The notes below the pieces were generated by a model, which searched no databases, had not been told where the DNA came from, and saw only the letters and a list, made by a program, of their open reading frames with translations. The position numbers and the translations under genes were made by a program. Shown here one piece after another: positions 23,381 through 31,160 of a DNA stretch of 64,000 nt. Location: positions 18,976 through 82,975 of the forward strand of contig CAYLZN010000001.1 of NCBI GenBank assembly GCA_964387935.1. Reading direction: 5' to 3'. Position 1 is the first letter of the stretch, and each line of letters begins with the position of its first letter. This DNA comes from an uncultured Vicinamibacteraceae bacterium. GTDB lineage: Bacteria; Acidobacteriota; Vicinamibacteria; Vicinamibacterales; JAFNAJ01.

Positions 23381-24424
23381 ATGAACTCCAGAGTTCTTGC
23401 GTTTCTGGGTGTCGCGTTGGCCGCCGTCATCGCTGCCGGAACTGGGGCCTACCTGGCCGTGCGCCAGAGCGGGCCGGCCCCGACATCGGCCGTCACAGAG
23501 CCGACGCCTGAGCCGGGCACGGCTTCCGCTCCCCTGCCGGCGGGAGCCGTCGCGGAAACCGAGGCCGAGGTGACAGCCGAGGCCGATTCCACGGCCCCGT
23601 CGACGGCCGTCGCCACGCAGGCTCCGCGGCGCCAGGTCGACTCCTCCACGAGCGTCCCCGGCGGCTCGCGCGTGACGCGTCCTCCTGCGACGAGGGCTCC
23701 GGTGGCGCGACCGGTCCAGGCCCCGAGCCGGGAAACCCGGCCAGCCGAGCCTGCGCGGACGGAGATCGGCCGCGAACCGGCGGCGGAGGCAGCCTCCACG
23801 CCGATGTCGCTGCCTGCCGAATCGGCACGTGCCGAGGTGCCGGCGCCTCCGGTGCCGGACCCGGTGCCACAGGCACCTCCCCCGCCTCCGGCGCCCCAGT
23901 TCGAAGAGGTGGTGATCCCCGCGGACGCGGTGATCGGCCTCCAGATCGAGACCGGTGTGTCGAGCGAAACCGCGAAGATCGAAGACCGCGTGGAAGCCCG
24001 CGTCACGCGCGACGTGCGGGCGAAGGGCCTGGTGGCCGTTCCAGCGGGCAGCAAGGCGCAGGGCTCGGTCACGCTGGTGGAGAAGGGTGGCAAGGTCAAG
24101 GAGCGCGCCCGCCTGGGTGTGCGCTTCCACACGCTGGTGCTGGCCGACGGCACGCGCGTGCCAATCCAGACCGAGACCGTGTTCCGCGAGGGCGACTCCC
24201 CCAAGGGTGAGAGCGCCACGAAGATCGGCGGTGCAGCGGTTGGTGGCGCCATCATCGGCGCCATCCTCGGAGGCGGCAAGGGCGCCGCCATCGGCGGCTC
24301 CGTCGGGGCCGCCGGCGGGACGGCCGCGGTCATGGCCAGCAGCCGCAATCCGGCGACGCTTTCTGCCGGCTCCAGTGTGACCGTGCGGCTCTCCTCACCA
24401 ACGACGGTCACGGTTGAAAAGTAG
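23381..24424 (+). CDS. Membrane-anchored hypothetical protein with Pro/Ala-rich linker, beta-rich domain and glycine-zipper segment
   Basis: MNSRVLAFLGVALAAVIAAGTGAYL anchor. Low-complexity linker. GGAAVGGAIIGAILGGGKGAAIGGSVGAAGG glycine zipper near the C-terminus. Confidence 0.6.
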   Translation: MNSRVLAFLGVALAAVIAAGTGAYLAVRQSGPAPTSAVTEPTPEPGTASAPLPAGAVAETEAEVTAEADSTAPSTAVATQAPRRQVDSSTSVPGGSRVTRPPATRAPVARPVQAPSRETRPAEPARTEIGREPAAEAASTPMSLPAESARAEVPAPPVPDPVPQAPPPPPAPQFEEVVIPADAVIGLQIETGVSSETAKIEDRVEARVTRDVRAKGLVAVPAGSKAQGSVTLVEKGGKVKERARLGVRFHTLVLADGTRVPIQTETVFREGDSPKGESATKIGGAAVGGAIIGAILGGGKGAAIGGSVGAAGGTAAVMASSRNPATLSAGSSVTVRLSSPTTVTVEK

Positions 24425-24460
24425 GCGACAGGCTCCCCCATCCCCCCGGTGCGCCGAACA

Positions 24461-24490
24461 CGCCGGGCCGGCCTGACCGCCGGCCCGGCG
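24461..24490 (+). terminator. GC-rich hairpin (11-bp stem CGCCGGGCCGG / CCGGCCCGGCG, 8-nt loop) without U-tract
   Basis: Read directly from the sequence. Lies 37 nt after the stop of the 23381..24424 gene and abuts the TATAAT of the decarboxylase gene. Confidence 0.4.
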
Positions 24491-24507
24491 CTATAATCCG
24501 CCCCACG

Positions 24508-25992
24508 ATGGCTGACATCCGCCGCGACATGTCGCCTGAGGAGTTCCGCACCTGGGGCTACCGGCTGGTGGACTGGATCGCGAACTACCTGGACCACCCC
24601 GAGCGCTATCCCGTGCTGGCTCGCGTAAAGCCCGGTGAGATCGCCGCGCAATTGCGGGCGGGGTCGTCGCCAGCGCCGGCTGACCTCGGCGAGCTGATGC
24701 AGCAGTTCGACCGCATCCTCGTCCCGGGCCTCACGCACTGGAACCACCCGTCGTTTTTTGCCTACTTCTCCATCAGCGCCAGCGGGCCCGGCATCCTGGC
24801 AGACCTGCTGTCCTCAGCCCTCAACCAGCAGGCCATGCTGTGGCGTACCTCGCCCGCGGCCACCGAGCTCGAAGCCGTGTCGCTCGACTGGCTCCGCGAG
24901 ATGATCGGGCTGCCCGCGTCGTTCGAAGGCGTCATCTATGACACGGCGTCCGTGTCGAGCCTCCATGCGCTCGCAGCCGCCCGCGAGGTGGCAGTGCCCG
25001 GCGTGCGCCAGCAGGGCCTCGCGGGCCGCGACCTGCCGAGGTTCCGCGTCTACTGCTCCGAACACGCGCACTCGTCGATCGACAAGGGCATCATCCTGCT
25101 CGGCCTGGGCCACGACGCCCTGCGGAAGATCCCCGCCGACGCCGAGTTCCAGATGCGAGTCGATGCGCTCGAAGACGCCATCCGCGAGGATCGAGCCCGA
25201 GGCTGGCACCCGATGGCAGTGGTCGCCACCGTGGGGACGACGTCCACGACCAGCGTGGATCCGGTCACGGCCATCGCGCGGGTGTGCCAGCGCGAGCGAC
25301 TGTGGCTGCACGTCGATGCGGCGTACGCTGGCGTGGCCGCAATGGTCCCAGGCTGGGAGTGGACGCTGGCGGGCTGCGAGCACGCGGATTCCCTGGTCGT
25401 GAACCCGCACAAGTGGCTCTTCACCCCGTTCGACCTGAGCGCGTTCTACTGCCGCCGCATGGATGTGGTCCGGGCCGCGTTCTCGCTCGTGCCCGAGTAC
25501 CTGCGCACGACGGACCCCGCAGCGGTGAAGAATCTCATGGACACGGGCGTGCAGCTCGGCCGGCGGTTTCGCTCGCTGAAGCTCTGGATGATCCTGCGCT
25601 ACTTCGGCCGCGACGGCCTGGCCGCGATTCTCGCCGACCACATGCGCGTGGCGCGCCTCTTCGCGTCATGGGTCGACGCGCACCCGGACTTCGAGGTCCT
25701 CGCCCCGGTGCCGTTCAGCGTCGTCTGCTTCCGCGCGAAGCCGCGAGGCGCGGCGCAGGACGAGCGTGCCCTCGAGGCCTTGAACGCCGCGCTGCTCGAG
25801 GACGTGAACGCCTCGGGCGAGCTGTTCATCTCGCACACCAAGCTCGGTGACCGCTACGTGCTGCGGCTGGCCATCGGCAACGTGAGGACCACGGAGGCGC
25901 ACGTCGCGCGGGCGTGGGAGGTGATTCAGGACAGGCTCAGGGCTCAGGGCCCAGGACTCGGGGCTGAGGGCTCGGGGCTCAGGGCGACCTGA
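24508..25992 (+). CDS. PLP-dependent aromatic-L-amino-acid/group II decarboxylase
   Basis: 494 aa. GLTHWNHPSFFAYF, and SLVVNPHKWLFTPFD (PLP-Lys motif). TATAAT at 24492-24497 lies only 10 nt from the ATG. Confidence 0.85.
   Translation: MADIRRDMSPEEFRTWGYRLVDWIANYLDHPERYPVLARVKPGEIAAQLRAGSSPAPADLGELMQQFDRILVPGLTHWNHPSFFAYFSISASGPGILADLLSSALNQQAMLWRTSPAATELEAVSLDWLREMIGLPASFEGVIYDTASVSSLHALAAAREVAVPGVRQQGLAGRDLPRFRVYCSEHAHSSIDKGIILLGLGHDALRKIPADAEFQMRVDALEDAIREDRARGWHPMAVVATVGTTSTTSVDPVTAIARVCQRERLWLHVDAAYAGVAAMVPGWEWTLAGCEHADSLVVNPHKWLFTPFDLSAFYCRRMDVVRAAFSLVPEYLRTTDPAAVKNLMDTGVQLGRRFRSLKLWMILRYFGRDGLAAILADHMRVARLFASWVDAHPDFEVLAPVPFSVVCFRAKPRGAAQDERALEALNAALLEDVNASGELFISHTKLGDRYVLRLAIGNVRTTEAHVARAWEVIQDRLRAQGPGLGAEGSGLRAT
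25934..25982 (+). repeat. Heptanucleotide tandem array (GGCTCAG-type), 7 units
   Basis: GGCTCAG GGCTCAG GGCCCAG GACTCGG GGCTGAG GGCTCGG GGCTCAG. Spans the 3' ends of two convergent overlapping CDSs. Confidence 0.85.
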
Positions 25993-27361
25993 TCGCCCGC
26001 TTCCCCTGCGCGATCAGCGTCTCAGGTGACAGCACTTCGCCGGCGCGGATGACCGTCGTCACGCGTGCGAGCGCGGCGAGGTCCTTCGTCGGATCGCCAT
26101 CGACCAGGAAGAAGTTGGCGCTCCAGCCGTCAGCCCAGTGACGCGTGGTGCCCGGCACATCGACACCCGGTGCAGCGGTCGCCTCGAGCAGCCTCGGCAG
26201 CGGCACGTCCGCAGCCGCGAGCAGGGCCAGTTCTTCGTGGATCGCCAGGCCCGGCACGGGCCAGGGTTCCTGCGAGATCCCGCTGGCGAGCCCGAGCCTT
26301 CCACCCGCAGCCGCCCACGCCTTGACGAACGCCTGCTGGGCCCGCAGCGTCGCGAGCAGGCCCTTCGCGTCCGCGCCCCCCGGATTCGATCCCCTGCGCG
26401 AGGCCTCCTGCGCACGCTTCGGCAACAACGCGAGCCCGCGGTCTGGGTCGAACGGGAACGGTGAGTCCTTGCCTCCGGGGACGTCGCGCACGGTGGCGCG
26501 CAGCATCGGGGCGAGCGTAACGCGGCTCTTCGCTAGCTTCGACGCGGCCGCCGCCACGTCCGCCGCTCGCGCCTGCCGCCAGGAGTCGACGGGTTCCAGC
26601 GTCCTGACTGTTACCTTCGAGGGAAAGCTGCCGAGGCCTTCGACGAGGTCAGGTCCCCAGCCCACCACCTCGGCCACAGACGTCGTCCCCGTCACGACAG
26701 ACACGCTCAGGCGCCTCTTGCGGGCCGCGGCGATGACCGCACGCGCCACCGGCGCCGGCACGTCTCCGCTGATGCGGATGCGGTCGTAACCCGCGTCCGC
26801 GAGCCGCCGCACGGCGGCCTCTGCCCCGCCGGCCTCGCGAACGACGGTGGGAGGCACGTATCCTGAGAGGTCGAGGGAACGTGGTGCCGTCGTCGGATCG
26901 CTGACGATGACTGGCGCGGCGAGCGACAACGTCGGCGACAAGACCTCACCCGAAGCGACGCGCTTCTGCTGATCGAACGACCACGGCGCCCTGGCGTCGG
27001 TCACCACGTAGTGCATCACACCGTGGGCCAGGCCGAGTGCGCTGATGAAATCCGCGTCGGTCTGACGCCCGGGGGACACGCCGATCGCCAGGTCCGCGAG
27101 GCCGGGCACGGCCGTCCTGCCGGCCGCGTCGATGACTCGGGCCTCCGTCGGGATATCGGCCGCTTTCCCGGCAACGACCCGGCCGCGGACCACGAGCAGC
27201 GTCTCGACCGCGCGGCCGCGACCGGTCAACGGGTCGAGGACGGTTACGTTGCGCACGACGAGCGCACCTCCGCGGTCCGCCGCGGGCGGCGAAGACGACT
27301 GGCCGGCGAGCCACGCCGTTCCCGCAAGCACGCCCAGGCCGGCCATCCAGATCCGCAACAT
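25979..27361 (-). CDS. Amidohydrolase-fold protein lacking the HxH metal motif, secreted
   Basis: ATG at 27361 (MLRIWMAGLGVLAGTAWLAG). VVRNVTVLDP..VIDAAGRTAVPGLADLAIGV sits where family members carry PGLIDxHxH. C-terminal FFLVDGDPTKDLAALARVTTVIRAGEV is typical. Confidence 0.7.
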   Translation of the reverse strand: MLRIWMAGLGVLAGTAWLAGQSSSPPAADRGGALVVRNVTVLDPLTGRGRAVETLLVVRGRVVAGKAADIPTEARVIDAAGRTAVPGLADLAIGVSPGRQTDADFISALGLAHGVMHYVVTDARAPWSFDQQKRVASGEVLSPTLSLAAPVIVSDPTTAPRSLDLSGYVPPTVVREAGGAEAAVRRLADAGYDRIRISGDVPAPVARAVIAAARKRRLSVSVVTGTTSVAEVVGWGPDLVEGLGSFPSKVTVRTLEPVDSWRQARAADVAAAASKLAKSRVTLAPMLRATVRDVPGGKDSPFPFDPDRGLALLPKRAQEASRRGSNPGGADAKGLLATLRAQQAFVKAWAAAGGRLGLASGISQEPWPVPGLAIHEELALLAAADVPLPRLLEATAAPGVDVPGTTRHWADGWSANFFLVDGDPTKDLAALARVTTVIRAGEVLSPETLIAQGKRAIRSP

Positions 27362-27437
27362 GACCTGTAGCCTACCGCAGCGTCGGCCGAAACTGTACTG
27401 AGCGCTCCGCGACGTCGCGGGGCCGTGGAGAACACAC

Positions 27438-28001
27438 GTGACGACGCGCAGTGCGAGAACGATCGTGGTGCTGGGCGCTTTGCTGCTCCCGAGCTCGGCC
27501 GGCGCCGAGGGGCTCCTGGCTGCCTTCATCGGGCAGAACTTTGGCGGAAAGGCCGAGGAGCACACCGTCGTGTACGGGGGCGTGCTGGGGAGCGTCCGGA
27601 AGGGACTCGGCTTCGAAGTCGACTTCGGTTACACCCCGGACTTCTTCAAGACTGAAGAGCTGACCGGCTCGAAGACGAGCGTGACGACGGTCATGGGCAA
27701 CCTGGTCATCGGGGGCGCGGCGTCTCGCGGGGTGGGCGCCTACGCCAGCGGCGGCGCGGGCCTCATCCGCGCGAACGCAGACGGCCCCGGCGAGCTCCTC
27801 GACAACCTGACGAGCAACGACTTCGGCATCAACGTCGGCGGCGGGCTCAACATGGTGTTCGGCACGTCGGTGGGCATCCGCGCCGACATCCGCTACTTCC
27901 GCAGCCTCCAGGGCAGCGACGACGGGGCGATTCCGATCCCGTCCGATCTTGGCGATTTCGACTTCTGGCGGGGGACGATCGGCCTCGTGTTCGTGTGGTA
28001 G
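27438..28001 (+). CDS. Small outer-membrane beta-barrel protein (OmpA-like/porin family)
   Basis: 187 aa, GTG start, signal ..LLLPSSAGAEG. Alternating beta-strand pattern. C-terminal ..FWRGTIGLVFVW. Confidence 0.75.
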   Translation: MTTRSARTIVVLGALLLPSSAGAEGLLAAFIGQNFGGKAEEHTVVYGGVLGSVRKGLGFEVDFGYTPDFFKTEELTGSKTSVTTVMGNLVIGGAASRGVGAYASGGAGLIRANADGPGELLDNLTSNDFGINVGGGLNMVFGTSVGIRADIRYFRSLQGSDDGAIPIPSDLGDFDFWRGTIGLVFVW

Positions 28002-28018
28002 AGGCGCCTGAACCTCGC

Positions 28019-28672
28019 TCAGGGTTCTGGGTGTCGCCCTCGGTACTGGAGCACGATGCCGCCCGGCTCGTCCGAGTCCGTGATGGCCGCTCCAGGGGGA
28101 GGCCAGCATTCCGGGGGCAGCGTCGCCCCGATCACGATGTTCGTGAACTCGACCTCGCGAATATCGTTCCGCATGCGCACTGCAAAGAAGTTGAGGTCGG
28201 GGACGAGGACTCTGGCCTCGCTTCCGCGGCTCAGCTCGTAGGCGCGCATTCCCTCGACCGGTTCGGACAGTTCAGTGAGCCCAGGTGTGTTGTCCCTGAA
28301 CTGAGGCGGGCGATACGCCGCCGCCGGTGGCAGACCCATCGGCTGGCGGAGCCACGAACCCTTGTCGTTGTGAAACCGATACACGAGCCGTCGGCCGACG
28401 TCGTTCGTCAGGACGGAGATCGGAGACGTGACGTCGCCCATGATCGAGCACGTGGAGCCATCCCGCCCTCGGAAGAACCGGCCCGACAGGCTGCCTTCGG
28501 GATGGTCGGACCTGGCCTGGGACACGTCGGCAGAGAATGGCACCCATTCCGGCGGCGAGGCCAGACGCGCTTGTCCTTCCGAGTGCAGGACCCTGATGCT
28601 AGCCCCTGCCACCAAGGCCACCAAGAGTGCGACCATTCCCAACGCAAGGAACCTCCCGTGGCTTGCCTTCAT
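28019..28672 (-). CDS. Hypothetical N-terminally anchored protein (217 aa), partner of the Cys-rich peptide gene
   Basis: ATG 28672 after GGAGG. MKASHGRFLALGMVALLVALVAGASI anchor. No motif I recognise. Lower-GC codon usage. Confidence 0.6.
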   Translation of the reverse strand: MKASHGRFLALGMVALLVALVAGASIRVLHSEGQARLASPPEWVPFSADVSQARSDHPEGSLSGRFFRGRDGSTCSIMGDVTSPISVLTNDVGRRLVYRFHNDKGSWLRQPMGLPPAAAYRPPQFRDNTPGLTELSEPVEGMRAYELSRGSEARVLVPDLNFFAVRMRNDIREVEFTNIVIGATLPPECWPPPGAAITDSDEPGGIVLQYRGRHPEP

Positions 28673-28725
28673 GGAGCACCTCCAGTCGTCCATCCTTCGT
28701 CTGAACCGACCAACTCGAGCGGGTT

Positions 28726-29067
28726 TTAGACCCAAATCGGTGAGCACCGCGGCAGTAGGTACTCGCCCCATGAGCAAACCATCGGGTTGTCGCAGTTGAC
28801 GCCCCCTCCAAAGACGATCTCCCCAGCGAAACCGAGGCACTCCCCGTACACACACCAGAAGACCCCTCCGCCCCACCCACACGAGCAGAGGCACTGCTCA
28901 TCCCAGAGATCGATGTTGAGGACGAAGCACTCAGCAAAACAGCCGGGCGCATTGCAGCCGTGGCACTGTTGGGCCAGCACCGGCCGGTTTGCGGCGGACA
29001 TCGTCACTCCTACCGCGAGCGCCAGGGCGACAAACTGACCACGCATGCGAGGGGCGGATCCGAGCAT
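28726..29067 (-). CDS. Small secreted cysteine-rich, Gly/Trp-rich protein (113-aa precursor, about 80-aa mature, 12 Cys)
   Basis: ATG 29067 sits 6 nt after AAGGAGG. Signal MLGSAPRMRGQFVALALAVGVTMSAANRPVLAQ. Mature part QCHGCNAPGCFAECFVLNIDLWDEQCLCSCGWGGGVFWCVYGECLGFAGEIVFGGGVNCDNPMVCSWGEYLLPRCSPIWV. Confidence 0.65.
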   Translation of the reverse strand: MLGSAPRMRGQFVALALAVGVTMSAANRPVLAQQCHGCNAPGCFAECFVLNIDLWDEQCLCSCGWGGGVFWCVYGECLGFAGEIVFGGGVNCDNPMVCSWGEYLLPRCSPIWV

Positions 29068-29117
29068 GGCGACCTCCTTTCCGTCACGCACCGATAGGCA
29101 GCAGCTCGTGCCTCCTA

Positions 29118-29468
29118 TTATGTTCTCGAATGTTTGTCAATCACCTCGGCGACCTTGCCGCCCCCAGTTTTTGGATCGAGCTCCGGGGGGACGCCGCAAG
29201 GCCGGCGCCCGGGGGCATTTGAGTGTGAGCCGCTCGAGGCGGCTGGCGGGCTCGCTAACGCGGCCCCGTGTGGAACCACCTCCTGGTGCAGGTGCCCTTC
29301 TTCGATGCGACTCTCCTTCTGCGCGGCCAACTTCTTGAACGCCTCCCCCAGATGCCGGCGCAATTCCGCGCACAACGCTTTGCGCCGAGGGCGCCGGTAC
29401 TTCGGGATGAACACCACGTGATCCTTGCAGTCCCAGACCGAGTGATTCAGACTCTCGAGTGTGTCCAT
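29118..29468 (-). pseudogene. IS200/IS605-family TnpA (Y1 transposase) remnant
   Basis: MDTLESLNHSVWDCKDHVVFIPKYRRPRRKALCAELRRHLGEAFKKLAAQKESRIEEGHL matches the TnpA N-terminus. Similarity ends there: the HUH motif region and catalytic Tyr are missing in all frames. Confidence 0.7.
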
Positions 29469-29896
29469 TGCGATGCGTCCTCCCGTGTGCTTGGCGGCAG
29501 CGGCCACGGGGGGCTGAGCCTGGCGGCCTTGTCCCGCGCGGTACCACTGCGCGACGTGCGGGCGGGGTCGTGTCCGCGCGACCGGGCGCTCGGCCTCGAC
29601 GACACGTCGCTCTCGCCGGCCGTCACGCCATCGCGGCCGATGAGCACGATGTCGTGCCGCACGCCGCCCCCGACGCGCCCACCCTGTGCCTCGGCATGAG
29701 ACGGCACCGGGATCCCGATGCGCGCCGCGGCCGTCGCGGGCTCCGTCACCACTCGGCGGCCACCGAGAGCGCCGCCCAACAGGACACCGAGCCACGCCGA
29801 GCAAGTTCGCGGCGCGCGTCGTGCGCGAGGCGGCCCGCCGCGGCGTCGATTCCACCTGCCAGCCGCGCCACTCGAGCCATTGGCGGCCACCAGGAT

Positions 29897-29908
29897 TATA
29901 GCTATAAT
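29897..29908 (+). promoter_or_regulatory. Perfect 10-bp palindrome TATAGCTATA overlapping a TATAAT -10 box; probable autoregulated leaderless TA promoter
   Basis: TATAGCTATA at 29897-29906. TATAAT at 29903-29908. The antitoxin ATG at 29915 is only 6 nt downstream, with no SD. Confidence 0.5.
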
Positions 29909-29914
29909 GGCTAT

Positions 29915-30256
29915 ATGAACAGCGTCAACATAGCCGACCTGAAGAACAACCTGTCGCGTTACCTGGCTCGGGTGCGCGAAGGGGCCGAGTTGACCGTCCT
30001 CGATCGCGACACGCCGGTCGCGCGGATCCTGCCGTTCGCAACTCGAGGCGGCGGAGGCCGGAGTGGCGCGAAGGGGGCCGAGCAAGAGGCCGCCAGGGCA
30101 CACGTCACGGAGCTGCAGCGGCTGGGCATCCTTGGCGCGGGCGACCCCGAGCCCCTGGGGGCGTGGGTCAGGGACCACGATCCTGTCAAGCTGCCGACCG
30201 GTGCGCCGAGTGTCGTCGACGCGTTGATCCAGATGCGTCGCGAGAGCACCCGATGA
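29915..30256 (+). CDS. Type II antitoxin, Phd/YefM family
   Basis: MNSVNIADLKNNLSRYLARVREGAELTVLDRDTPVARILP is the Phd/YefM N-terminal fold signature. The stop overlaps the toxin ATG (ATGA). Confidence 0.8.
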   Translation: MNSVNIADLKNNLSRYLARVREGAELTVLDRDTPVARILPFATRGGGGRSGAKGAEQEAARAHVTELQRLGILGAGDPEPLGAWVRDHDPVKLPTGAPSVVDALIQMRRESTR

Positions 30257-30690
30257 GGTTCTGGGACAGCTCAGCGCTCGTCCCGCTCGTGTTCGACGAT
30301 CCATCATCCAAGGAGCTGCGGCATCTCGCCGCCCAGGACGACGCCCCGGTGGTGTGGATGCTGTCGTCGGTCGAGATCCTGTCGGCGATCGCCCGGGTGC
30401 AGCGGTCGAGTCGAGGCCTGGACGACGTCCTGAGTGGCGAGCGGCGGGACGCCCTGGACCTGGTGCGTCGATGCCGGCCCGTGGTGCAGGCGGACGTGGT
30501 CCGGCAACGTGCGGAGCGACTGGTGAGCGTGCACGCGCTCGCGGCCGCCGATGCGTTGCAGCTCGCGGCGGCCCTCGTCGTGTCGCGCGAGCAGCCTGAA
30601 ACGCTGGAGTTCGTGACGCTGGACAAGGTGCTCGCCCGCGCCGCGCTCCTCGAGGGCTTCCCGGTGCGACCGGCGCCAGCGAGCAGGTGA
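30253..30690 (+). CDS. vapC: Type II toxin VapC (PIN-domain ribonuclease)
   Basis: MRFWDSSALVPLV (first acidic residue), later ..AADALQLAAAL.. and ..FVTLDKVLARAA.. acidic positions. 145 aa. Confidence 0.8.
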   Translation: MRFWDSSALVPLVFDDPSSKELRHLAAQDDAPVVWMLSSVEILSAIARVQRSSRGLDDVLSGERRDALDLVRRCRPVVQADVVRQRAERLVSVHALAAADALQLAAALVVSREQPETLEFVTLDKVLARAALLEGFPVRPAPASR

Positions 30691-30692
30691 AC

Positions 30693-31160
30693 TCAGTTCG
30701 TGTCCGACGCCGGAGGTTCGAGGCGCCAGCACTCGAGCCAGTGCCCCTCGCCTCCGGGTTCGAGCGCCACGAGGCCGTGCGGCGGCCACGCCAGCGGCGT
30801 CTCCTCGTCGCCCGTCACGAGTCGCCGCATGATTCTGGCGATGTTCGGCAGGTGCCCGACACACATGACGTCGCGGGTCGAGCCCGTCACGCGATCGCAG
30901 ATCCACTCGGCAGGGTCCGACGGCTGCAGGCCTCGCATAGCGGAGAACTCCGCGAAGGGATTGCAGGCCCGCCAAAAGGTCTCTGCCGTCTGCCGGGCCC
31001 GGAGTTTGCCGCTGTGCCAGATCACCTCCGGCCTGACGCCACGCGCCGCAGCCTCCGCGGCCAGCGCCGCCGCCGCACGACGCCCGTGCTCCGACAGCGG
31101 CCGCTGAGCATCGAGGTCCGGCGACAGGGCGTCGCCGTGGTGCACGAGGTAGAGCGTCAC
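30693..31160 (-). CDS. Histidine-phosphatase superfamily protein (SixA-like phosphohistidine phosphatase)
   Basis: GTG 31160 gives VTLYLVHHGDALS...RPLSEHGRRAA..., and VGHLPN near the C-terminus. Note HHG instead of the canonical RHG. The start overlaps the upstream stop (GTGA). Confidence 0.7.
   Translation of the reverse strand: MTLYLVHHGDALSPDLDAQRPLSEHGRRAAAALAAEAAARGVRPEVIWHSGKLRARQTAETFWRACNPFAEFSAMRGLQPSDPAEWICDRVTGSTRDVMCVGHLPNIARIMRRLVTGDEETPLAWPPHGLVALEPGGEGHWLECWRLEPPASDTN

Noticed and set aside
29747-29880. 44-codon minus-strand ORF (MARVARLAGGIDAAAGRLAHDARRELARRG...) divergent from the antitoxin promoter
   Set aside because: It is short, has no SD or motif, and lies in degraded DNA next to the IS remnant. 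The evidence is insufficient.
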